Source: Neocallimastix sp. 'constans'
Taxonomy: Eukaryota
NCBI GenBank assembly: GCA_050613775.1
Contig: JBODTK010000112.1
Coordinates: 310,001 to 374,000, forward strand
Direction: 5' to 3'
Length of the DNA: 64,000 nucleotides
Below the pieces are notes generated by a model, which was given only the letters and a program-made list of their open reading frames with translations, made no database searches and had not been told where the DNA came from. Numbering within the stretch: position 1 is the first letter of the stretch; the number at the start of each line of letters is the position of its first letter. A program made the translations under genes and the position numbers. Shown here in pieces: positions 41,601-51,100 of this stretch.

Positions 41601-42954
41601 TCTTCAACACTGAAGGAGAAATAGAAGAATTATCAAACAAAGAATTATTAGGGGTGCATGAACTGGAATAGGCTGGTTTCGAAGAGATAGAGTCGGAAGT
41701 ATTAGAAGTAAGAGAAAGTGAAGTAGAGTTAACCGAGGTTGAAGGTATTGATTCAACAAAGGAAGAATCTGACGCATTGTTATTACTATTGCAAAAGCTT
41801 AAAATATTATTGTTGAAATCAATTGATGATTTATTTTCTTTAAGAAATCTAGAACCAATTAAGCACTCAAATTTGTCGTTCAAATCAATAACAAAAAATT
41901 CTGTTAAGACCTGAAGGTTACTAACTTTAAATAATATTGGTATAGTTTTACCAACAACGTCTTTGCCACCACCAATACCAGTAATGTTATCAGCTTCTAA
42001 ATTATCATGTACAAGCTTAAAATTATTAATTTTAGCAAAATTACTATCCATAAGATTCAAGTCGGAGCCGGAATCTATAAGAGCCTTAGCTTTAATCCAT
42101 TTATTTTTGTAGTTAAAGGAACACTTAATAATACAATCTTTATTAAATTTCTTAGAAGAATTAGATCTAGCCATGTGGGAGGAGCCAGGTTTATTTGCTC
42201 GCTTTGGACAATTTATTAACTTATGGCCTGATTGTCCACAATATAGACAAAGCCCTTCTTTAATTCTTCTTGCTCTTTCTTCAGGGGATAAATGAGAGTA
42301 ATTTGAATCATTATTTGATTTGAAAAAAGAATTAGAATTGGCGTTTCTATTATTACTAGAGTTAAATCTATAATACTTCCTATTATTACGAGAATTATTA
42401 TTATTATTACTGTTATTTCTAGAATTGTAATTGTTGATCGTTGCGAATCGAGTCATTTGATGATCTATACGATTGGTAATTCGCATTAGTTCACTTAATT
42501 TGGCAGGAGGAGGGAACAAACTAATTACTCTTTCTTGAAGTCTTGGTAGCAATCCTTCAATATAAACATCCATTAAGGCAAATTCATTCCAGTCCGTTTT
42601 TTCCGAAAGCCTACGGAATTCATTATTGTAATCAGTGACTTTACCATATGCTTTTTGCTTAATATGCATAAGAGCTTGATTACAATTAAAAACTGCATCT
42701 ACGTCACTGAATCTATCCTTCATAAGTTCAATGAAAGCGTTAAAATCGTCAAGGACTGGGTTATTTTCATTCATCAAGTCTGCAGCCCAATCCATAGCTT
42801 CATCTCTTAACAAAGTGATGGTATAAGCTACTTTTAACGGATCATTGGTGAAATATTCAGGACGAAGAGCAATGGCTAACCCAACATAAGCTAAAAATCC
42901 CTTGAGCTTAGCTGAATCGCCATTAAAATGAAAATCGTTTGATGAAGAAGACAT
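38626..42954 (-). CDS. G1 Gag-Pol single ORF (Gag, CCHC, PR, RT, RNase H, IN, chromodomain)
   Basis: 1442 aa. CLYCGQSGHKLINC; ALIDSGS; SKLDLKSAY..YIDD; ETDASNFA; HDSPTAGH..CNVC; SMDFITDLP..SDRGTQF..GQTERVN; chromodomain EYEVESILD..YLIHWKGYDDSENSWEP. Confidence 0.97.
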   Translation of the reverse strand: MSSSSNDFHFNGDSAKLKGFLAYVGLAIALRPEYFTNDPLKVAYTITLLRDEAMDWAADLMNENNPVLDDFNAFIELMKDRFSDVDAVFNCNQALMHIKQKAYGKVTDYNNEFRRLSEKTDWNEFALMDVYIEGLLPRLQERVISLFPPPAKLSELMRITNRIDHQMTRFATINNYNSRNNSNNNNNSRNNRKYYRFNSSNNRNANSNSFFKSNNDSNYSHLSPEERARRIKEGLCLYCGQSGHKLINCPKRANKPGSSHMARSNSSKKFNKDCIIKCSFNYKNKWIKAKALIDSGSDLNLMDSNFAKINNFKLVHDNLEADNITGIGGGKDVVGKTIPILFKVSNLQVLTEFFVIDLNDKFECLIGSRFLKENKSSIDFNNNILSFCNSNNNASDSSFVESIPSTSVNSTSLSLTSNTSDSISSKPAYSSSCTPNNSLFDNSSISPSVLKNSIASSPNMDTPNKTLPAIYLEFSDVFSEEEAKILPPHSSFDCAIDLKPNTKLYYSAIYPLTIPEEIALEKIIKDYLKYGFIVRSKSEAGHPILFAPKDNGELRMCIDLRKLNEITIRDSYPMPLTTVIFNKAPGHKYYSKLDLKSAYFQIRIRSGDEYKTAFVCSLGHFEFRVMPFGFKNAPACFQRMIDTALSDYLGKFCYAYIDDIIIFSDDLSEHHLHVKKVLLQLRKFHLHVNLEKCEFDKFEVKFLGYYVSSDGLKMDIKKVSAILDWPAPTTVKEVQSFLGLANFYRRFIKNFAKIAYPLNKLTRKNVPFVWSKDANDSFELLKRSFTSAPILIPADPNSQFFVETDASNFALGCILSQVSSKDNKLHPIAFYSRAFTSAECNYPIYDKELLAIKTAFETWRYYLEGAKNIIKVLTDHRNLLYFKKPEQLSQRLIRWSMFFTRFDFQIEYRPGSRGGKPDALSRRPDYDNHEPAKPYQVLKPENFCFTSRISIESNLQDEIKKCYSKDPFFNNVKIYFEKPSANEKPIASVDLLSFSNGILLYDNLIYIPECLRFKILCSCHDSPTAGHFGINKTSDLVSRNYWWPGMHKDIKKYIRTCNVCCALKAPRHKPYGLLKSLPIGNNPWESISMDFITDLPSSNGMSCILVVVDRFTKMAHFVPFKSVPSTEDCAEQFLNSIFKLHGLPKDIVSDRGTQFTSKFWNRLFNLLHVDLCLSSAHHQQTNGQTERVNAILEQYLRCYVNYQQNNWIEYLSLAEFAYNNTIQESANATPFFLNYGFNPKFDPSTPDVSIVPRAEIIAKDLKELRNVLKENLQSAVNFQKKYYDDKHMSPPEFKVGSKVWLLRNDLINNKKGKLAPKKSGPFTILKKISDVSYKLKLPNSFRVFPVFHVSLLEPAYENEFTERNIPTPKPIILNGEKEYEVESILDSKKFHNKIKYLIHWKGYDDSENSWEPFENLHCNKLLAEFHKKFPNKPKPKTSGIRL

Positions 42955-44139
42955 TGAAAGAATTATTAAATTATAAACAAGTTTAAGAATTGCAATAGGA
43001 AGATTTATTTAATATTATCACTATTATTATTATTATTATTATTTTTTTTTTTTTTTTATTTATTAGTGCTCCCGAATGAAAATTGTAATGATAAAGAATT
43101 ATAAATTATTATTTTTCTAGGCGTTTAATTTAATTGCTGATTTAAATTTTTTTTTTTTTTTAAATTTAATTTGGTAAATATAATAACTAGACTAAATTTC
43201 ACTCTTTTATGCCTTACAACAAAATAAAAAACCGGCAAGAGTTACTAACTAGAGGTATATACTAGACCTCAAAATAAAAAATTATAAACTATATATTTTA
43301 AAGTCGCTTTACCTTCACTACCAACCTATAGCCTTCGGTGACTATAGTTCCTTATTCGCCAGAGCTTATTCGAATAGAGCAACCACCGAACTGTTGAAGT
43401 TGGTTGGTAGGATGTGGCTTTCGTTTAATCCACACGCTCTTCACGCCCTAGGGTTTTGAAGCCCGTTTATATTCGAATAATTAACGGCTATAGTTTCTAA
43501 CCTACTGAAACTAGTTACTAACCGCCGAAACTCTGTTTATGAGCTCTAATCGCTCCTAGTATATTTAAATATTATATTTACCTGTAATATTCTTTAAAAA
43601 GTCTCAAGAACTGTAGAACTTCTTAAAGAATTTTTTATATCAAAAAAAATTTTTTTTTTTTCGCCTAGATAGATTTTGGTATAATTGTGAGTATGCTATT
43701 AATACCAAAAACCGAGAATTTTATTTTTTAAAGAAAAAAAAAGTAGATTCAAGAAGCAAGGCTGAACCCAAAGAAGATATCAGAGACTAAGAGAAGAAGA
43801 GATTTTGTCCAAAAGTAGAAACCAAGAATCAGAAACCCGAAACCAATGGAAACAAAAACCAAGTCCAAAACTAAGAAATCTGAAACCAATGGAAACAGAA
43901 ACCAAGACCAAAAATAAGAAATCCAAGGCAAACAGAAAGAATCTAACCAAAAGTGGAAACCTGAAGCCAATAAGATAAGTAGCCAAACAGAAACCAAAAA
44001 CAAAGGAAACAGAAAATCCGAGAGATTCAAAAAATAAAGTCCAAAAAGAAAACAAAAAGGCAGTAGATACTAATTCCAAAAGAAAGCTTCAAACCAAACA
44101 AAAGGGTAGATATATCAAGGCACGGCGTCTAAATCTTGG

Positions 44140-44150
44140 GTGTTTTTTAT
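44140..44150 (-). promoter_or_regulatory. G1 self-priming PBS (AUAAAAAACAC)
   Basis: Abuts the 5' LTR. No TGG tRNA match. Perfectly complementary to LTR positions 44354-44364. Confidence 0.8.
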
Positions 44151-44711
44151 TATAACAAAATATTATAATAAATATAATAACACTCAAAAAAAACAAAAAT
44201 TATTTTATTTTTTATTTATTTTTTTTTCTTTTATTATAATTATTTTATTAATTATATTTATTATAATACTATAAGCCGCAAGGGTTGATATAGTATTAAT
44301 ATTAAAAAAAGTTTTATTAAAAAATTAAGTTTTATTAACTAAACAAAATTAAAATAAAAAACACAAAGAAAAGAATATTTGTTAATAAGAATTTTACTCA
44401 TATTTATATTTTTTTCAAAAGTTAAAGTTATTAAAAAATAAAAATAAAAGTTTCTAAAAAGTTCTTAAAAATCGAAAAATTTAGAAAAAATAGAAAACAA
44501 TAGAATTAAGAATTTAATAGAATAAATTTTAATTAATTAAACACAAGAATTATCAAGAAATTCTAGTAATTTCTTGAACTATAAAGAATCTTCTAGATAT
44601 TTTTTAGAATAAAACTATAAAATAATAATAAATGTGAATCGAACCCTAAGTAGTTTGATTCATGGTATTAGTTACTAACAACTATACCAGAAATAATATT
44701 TTTTAAATTTA
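44151..44711 (-). repeat. G1 5' LTR, partial (81 bp displaced by nested insertions)
   Basis: Matches 37974-38534 by eye, then switches abruptly to the G2 LTR. Confidence 0.92.
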
Positions 44712-45501
44712 TAATACAGAATGAACAAATAATACTAATTGTGCTAGAATAATATAAATTATTCTAACCTTATAGATTATTCTATTCTATATAATTGGAA
44801 CTTTCCAATATTCTTCAAATATTACTAAATAGAAATCTTAAGTTAATAAATCACTAATTAACATATAATTCCTTTTTGAATTATCGATCCGATTCCATTA
44901 TAATGTATTAAAAATCTTTAGCCAAGAATATTTTCCTTGCCCACTTAATATATTAATATTATATTTCTTTTGTATTATGTTATATTGAAAATAATCAAAT
45001 TTATTTAATTAGTTATTAAAATTTTCGTTATCAATTTAAATTTATTTTTAATTACTAAATTTAACTAAACCACAATAAAATATTCTGTATAATCTTTTTT
45101 ATTTTTATTTTATATATATTAGTATTAAACTATTATTAAATAATTAATAATTCAATAATATATAACTACTATTTATAACAATAATATTATTAACTAAAAT
45201 AATAATTCAATTTCAATTTAAATGTTTTATTTATAAAAATAATTAGTAATTAGTTTATTAAAAAAATAGTTAGGCTTTACAAATTTTAAATTGATAAAAA
45301 AATATAAATACATGTAATTTTAGTGAAATAAAATATAATCAATAACTTTCTTTTTATTAAATAAATAATTATATTATTATTTTTCTTTTATAAATTTAAA
45401 TAAATAAATATTGATTTTAAAACAAATTATTTTTTTTTTATTGTAATTTTATTATTTGTGTTAATTATTATTATATTCCTAAAATTATATGAACCATACC
45501 A
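44712..45501 (+). repeat. G2 5' LTR, 790 bp, TAATACAG...CCATACCA
   Basis: Direct repeat of 58100-58889. Confidence 0.9.
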
Positions 45502-45509
45502 TGAAAAAT

Positions 45510-45527
45510 TGGTGGAGATATCGGGGA
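45510..45527 (+). promoter_or_regulatory. G2 primer-binding site, tRNA-Ala type
   Basis: TGGTGGAGATATCGGGGA is complementary to a ...UCCCCGAUAUCUCCACCA 3' end resembling eukaryotic tRNA-Ala. Confidence 0.8.
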
Positions 45528-46011
45528 ATATAATAATAAATTAATACATTAGGGATAAAATTATAATATTAATAAATAATTTTTCTAATAAAACAAATAA
45601 TTTTTTTTTAAAAAACAATTTTTATATTTTTAACTAATTATTATTAATTGTTAAAAATATTAATTAATATTAAATTAAACTAATATTCGTGCATAGATTT
45701 CCGGGTTAAGTTTATCCTACATAGTAATTGGGCTAGTAGGCTCTGGACTGCTATTTTTTATATTGAAAATAGTAACCGTGGCACACGCGTGGCATGACAC
45801 CTTTCAAGAGGTAAGCTGCACGTCAGACAGTGTGTACTATCAGATTGCACGATTATTATAATTTAATAAGTGATTAATAATAATAAATAATTAATAATTT
45901 TATTAGTTAAAAGATTTATTTTTTTTTTTTTTAATTTTTTTTATTTTTACTTTTATAACAATTTATACATTACGAGGTTTAGCATTCTATAGATACAATA
46001 AATTTTATTTA

Positions 46012-46929
46012 ATGAGAACATCCAGTACTTCCAGTACTCCAACAGAGAGTACTCCAGAAAGTAAGCTTAGCTTCCGAGAATTAAAGAAAGAATTAAAAGA
46101 TTTTGAAAAGCTTACTAAACAAAACCTAGACATCAATTCCTGGGCAAACGAGTTAAAGGCATGGATAAAATACCAACATATCAAGGATCCTGAAACTATT
46201 TTTACTGCTTGTATATTAACGGCTTCTGGAGAACCAAGAGAAATTATCCAAGAACTAGAAGATGGAAATGACCTTATTGAAGATGAAGATTCTGATTTCG
46301 ATAGCGATAGTGAAGGAGAAGATGATGAAGAAAGTGAATCTACTACCACCTACCCAAGCCTTGATGAAATCATAAATCATCTGAAGACTTTCTATGGACT
46401 TAAAGAAGATCAAACCAATTTGTTACGAGAATTACGTTCCATGAAAATAAAGAAGAACGAGAAAGTTAAAGATTTTAATGTCCGTTATAGATCTTTGTAC
46501 CATAAATTGGATAAAAAGAGAAGAAGAAAAATTAGTGTTTTAGATTATGCAGATTCCTTAACCAATAATCCTGACGCATGGAGAAAGGTTATGCTTAAAG
46601 ACCATATTTCTATTACCAAAGCGTTCGCTATAGCTGAAAAAGTTGATCGTTTATCTATTAAAAATAGTACTGAATATTATGATAAGACTCGTTACAATCT
46701 CCTTAACTCTAAAAGTAATTTTAATAAGAACATTTCAAATGATTTTAACAAACCAAAAACCCACAAAAATGTATCTATAGAAAATCTCACTAACAAGATG
46801 AAAGAAATGAAAATTAGTACTTGCTGGTTTTGTAGCAATGAAGGACATACCAAACGAAACTGTCCTAAATTAAATTCTATATTGGAAAATAACCGCAAGA
46901 AGTTTTATGAAAATCATTTAAACCACTAA
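46012..46929 (+). CDS. G2 Gag
   Basis: 305 aa with zinc knuckle CWFCSNEGHTKRNC. Ends in slippery site T TTA AAC CAC TAA. Confidence 0.9.
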   Translation: MRTSSTSSTPTESTPESKLSFRELKKELKDFEKLTKQNLDINSWANELKAWIKYQHIKDPETIFTACILTASGEPREIIQELEDGNDLIEDEDSDFDSDSEGEDDEESESTTTYPSLDEIINHLKTFYGLKEDQTNLLRELRSMKIKKNEKVKDFNVRYRSLYHKLDKKRRRKISVLDYADSLTNNPDAWRKVMLKDHISITKAFAIAEKVDRLSIKNSTEYYDKTRYNLLNSKSNFNKNISNDFNKPKTHKNVSIENLTNKMKEMKISTCWFCSNEGHTKRNCPKLNSILENNRKKFYENHLNH

Positions 46930-47388
46930 AAGGGAGTAGAAGCACTCCCATCGTCAAAAAAATTGCTTCAGTCTGCCATCGTTCCAAAACAGTTGACTTA
47001 AAAGAAGATGATGATTATGAAGAAACTGCTGATTTCCAAGAAGGTACTACTACGGATTATTACGAAGATTTTGATGATAAGTCGGATGGTTCCAAAGAAT
47101 TGGATTACTTAGTAAACGTTATAAAGAGAAAGGCAAATCCTAAAGATGAAGAGACTAGTGACCAAAGAGGAAAGAGGGTTCACCGTAGTCTAAGAGATGA
47201 TCCTAAGCCAATAGTTACTCCAGGTTTACGAAAACAAAAAGAAAATCAATTAAGGGGAACATCGCGACCAATCAAAAAGCCAACAACTCAATTACATCCT
47301 TCGATTATGGCTCAACCCAGAATAGAGAAAGAAAAGAGGATTAAGAAAGAGCTAAGAGATAAGGAAAGAGCTAGTACTAGTACTTCTG
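46917..47388 (+). CDS. G2 Pol, 5' segment (-1 frame), cut by the G3 insertion
   Basis: The -1 frame is open from the slippery site (FKPLKGSRSTPIVKKIASV...) and includes ORF 47100-47393. It joins 54547 in frame (TCT G|TG GAA) once G3 and one TSD are removed. Confidence 0.85.
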
Positions 47389-48160
47389 TATAAAGTTTTG
47401 ATAAAAAAAATAGATTATAAATCAACACTTCAATAATAACACTAAAACACAAAATAATAGTTTTAAAGAACAAGTTTTATTAATTTTTTAAATATTAAAA
47501 TCTTTATTTATTTTAAAGTGTTATTAACAAGAAATCGTTAATAACAATTACATCGATTAAAATACATGAAATTTGATAACTATTTATATTTTTATCTTAT
47601 TGCATTTATAATATATAATTCCTATTGAATTATATTATCTAGCTATTTATTTAAAACAGTACTAACCTAAACTAATAATAAATAATTAACTATTACTAAA
47701 TAAAGAGAATTATAATTAATAACTAAAATAAATATAATCAATTCTAATTGAGTTCATTTATTATTTATTTATTATTTAAATATTATTAGTAAATTTATTA
47801 TATATTTTCTATTTAAAAATAATATAAAAGTTGTCATAATTATTTAATATAAATTTAGCATAAAATGCCGTAAGTTTCAACATGACTAATTGCATAGTTT
47901 CATGTTGTTAATTTATCTTGTGAAAAACCTTAACTCTTATTATTTAAATTAAATTACATAAAAAGAAATGATTTTCAAATACTAGTTTCACAAGAGAAAT
48001 TTTTAATTTATTAGTATGATTGGGAAAAAAATCGAAATTATGTTAAAAATATTTTCAATAATTTTATACACGTGATTTCAAATAAATTTATTTTAATTTT
48101 ACTTAAATTTATGATTAAATTTAATTAAAATTATTTAAAGATATTAATAATATCTTTACA
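47389..48160 (-). repeat. G3 3' LTR (TGTAAAG...CTTTATA in element orientation)
   Basis: Direct repeat of 53770-54541, bounded by the TSD and PPT. Confidence 0.95.
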
Positions 48161-48197
48161 ATCTCGCCCTTTAAGTCGAGCTCCTGCGAGATTAACT

Positions 48198-51100
48198 TTA
48201 GGAAGGAAGATCGATCACAAAAGGTTGATATTTATGCCTAACATAGTACTCGTTCGAATCTTCAGGTAGTTGGCAAAATTCATTGTTAATATTCGAAGAT
48301 TTATTCTTCTTTTCTTTTCTATAGTATTCTTGTATTAATTGTTTATCAAAAATTTGATCTTCATCGATCCAAGTATTTTCATTAGAATCGCATCCTTTCC
48401 ATTTAATCAAGTAACGATTTTTATTGTTAAAAGTTTTCATTTTAATTATTCTTTCAGGACTTCTATTAATTGTATCCGTAGTAAGATTAATATTTCTTCT
48501 ACGAGTATTTCTTCTGTTTGGGAATTCATTTTCATGGTAAGGTTCGAGGAGCGAAACATGGAATACAGGGTGACAGCGCATATTATTAGGAAGTTTAAGT
48601 TCATACGCTAAATCACTAACTTTTCTAATGATTTCAAAGGGTCCTATTAGTTGATCAGATAATTTTTTATTTTTCTTTGTTGTATTACCCTTTAAAAGAT
48701 AAACTTTATTTCCTACTTTAAAATCAGGAGAATCTATTCTTTTTAAATCTGCATATTTTTTATAAGTCTTTTTCGCTTGTTCTAAATTTTCTTTTAAAAA
48801 CTTTATGTTTTCGTTAATATTCAATATTCTTTTTTCAGCTCTATGTGGATTCTCGTTTGAAGGAATCTCAGGATTAAACTTTGGATTAAATCCATAATTT
48901 GCAAAAAATGGTGATTGATTTATTGATTGTTGTAAAGTATTGTTATAAGAAAATTCTGCAAAAGGTAATAAATCAAACCAATTATTTTGTTTTTCGTTAA
49001 TGAAACAACGAAGATATTGTTCCAATATCGAGTTCACCCTCTCCGTTTGACCATCAGTCTGCGGGTGATTAGCAGTAGAAAAAGAATGCTTAATATTTAA
49101 AAGAGAGCAAAGACGATTCCAAAAATCAGAGGTAAATTGAGAACCACGATCAGAAATAATAGAATCGGGGAAACCATGAAGTTTAAAAATATTAGCAATG
49201 AAAGAATCAGCAGCAATAGAAGCAGTAGGAAGACATCTAAATGGTATAAAATGAGCCATTTTAGTTAAGCGATCCACAACAACCATTATAGTGGTCATAT
49301 CTTTGGATTTCGGAAGTTCAACAATAAAATCCATAGAGATAGCAGACCAGGCTCTATTTGGTGTATAAAGTGGAGAAAGTAAACCATATGGCTTATGTCT
49401 TGGGATTTTGGATTTTGAACAAATTTCACAAGATTTAATAAACATTTTAACATCTTTTTGTAATTTAGGCCACCAGAAATTACGAGAAATAAGTTCAATA
49501 GTTTTATTAATTCCAAAATGACCAGCAGAAATAGAGTCATGATGGAGTTCTAAAACTCTTATTCTAATTTTATTGGGAACATAAATTAAATTTTCAAAAA
49601 GTAAATAACCATTTTTGTCAAGAGAAAATTTATCGATTTTACTAAAAGGGGGATCTTTTGAATTATCATTTTTAAGAAATTCAGTTATTTTGCAATAGAA
49701 TTCATCATTAGCTAGAGAATCATGAATAGAGGAGATTAAAGAATCATTCTTAAAACTACATGAATTAATAACGCATGAAATAGGACGAACACTAGCAAAT
49801 AAATGATCACTACGTCTTGATAAAATATCTGGTTTACCTGACTTTTTACCAGCTCTGTAAATTAGTTTAAAATCAAATCTAGATAAGAATTCATACCAAC
49901 GAATTTGGCGTTGGGAAAGAAGTTCAGGTTTTCGAGGGAAAGTTAAATTCTTATGATCAGTATAAATAATAAACTGATGGCGAGCTCCTTCTAAGTAATG
50001 TCTCCATCCTTCCAATGCAACTTTAATAGCAAGAAGTTCTTTGTCATAGATAGGGTAATTTCTTTGGGATTTAGTTAAGCTAGTAGAAATAAAAGCAATT
50101 GGATGCAAATGCCCATCAAATTCCTGAGAAAGAATTGCACCAACAGCAAAATTACTAGCATCAGTTTCAACAATGAATTGTTTGTTGCTATCAGGATGTT
50201 TCAAAATAGGAGCAGTAGTAAATAATTCTTTTAAAGTATCAAACGCTTTTTGTTGTTCAGAACTCCAATTAAAAGGAACATTTTTTCTAGTTAATTTGTG
50301 GAGAGGATTTGCAATTTTCGCAAAGTCTTTAATAAAAATTCTGTAATAATTACAAAGTCCAATAAACGATTGAATTTCTTTAACGTTTGTTGGAACAGGC
50401 CAATCTAAAATTGCTTTAACTTTTTCTTTATCCATTTTAATTCCATCTCTTGATAAAACATAACCAAGAAAAGTAGTTTCAGTTACATCAAATTCACACT
50501 TTTCTAATTTAACAACTAAATGATTCTCTAACAATTTTCTTAAAACTTTCTTGACATGTACATGATGTTCTTCTAAAGTATTAGAATAAATTAAAATGTC
50601 ATCAATATAAGAGATTACAAAATCATCTAAGTAATCACTGAGAACATCATTTATAAAATGTTGGAATGTAGCAGGGGCATTCTTAAGCCCAAAAGGCATA
50701 ACGAGATATTCAAAGTGCCCATATCTTGTGCGAAAGGCAGTTTTGTACTCGTCACCTTCTTTAATTCTTACTAAGTTATAGGCAGATTTTAAATCTAACT
50801 TAGTAAAATATTTAGCACCTTTAACTCTATCCAACAATTCACTAATTAAAGGAAGAGGGTAAGAGTTACGGATGGTCATTTCATTTAATTTTCTATAATC
50901 AATAACTAATCTATATGTACCATCCTTTTTTCTAACAAATAAAATAGGTGCTCCAGCGGGAGAAGAAGATTTTCTAATAAAACCCTTTTTTAAATTTTCT
51001 TCTAAATATTTCTTTAATTCTTCTCTCTCCGTCTCAGTTAAAGGATACAACGGTCCATAAAATAAACTACAATTATCTTTTAATTTAATCTCACAATCAT

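Larger units (their letters stand above)
37974..44711 (-). mobile_element. Ty3/gypsy chromovirus G1 (Tf1/sushi-like); its 5' LTR is interrupted at 44711
   Basis: LTR copies at 37974 and 44151 match at offset 6177. Intact ORF with a C-terminal chromodomain. PPT AAGGGAGAGAG at ~38617-38627 on the minus strand. Confidence 0.95.

Noticed and set aside
43749..44079. Hydrophobic ORFs in the G1 leader as an env-like gene
   Set aside because: Non-ATG starts, open in two frames because of degenerate GAAACCAA repeats, and located 5' of gag rather than after pol.
47386..47392. Canonical TG start for the G3 LTR at 47387
   Set aside because: That TG is part of the TTCTG TSD and is absent before the other LTR copy at 53770.
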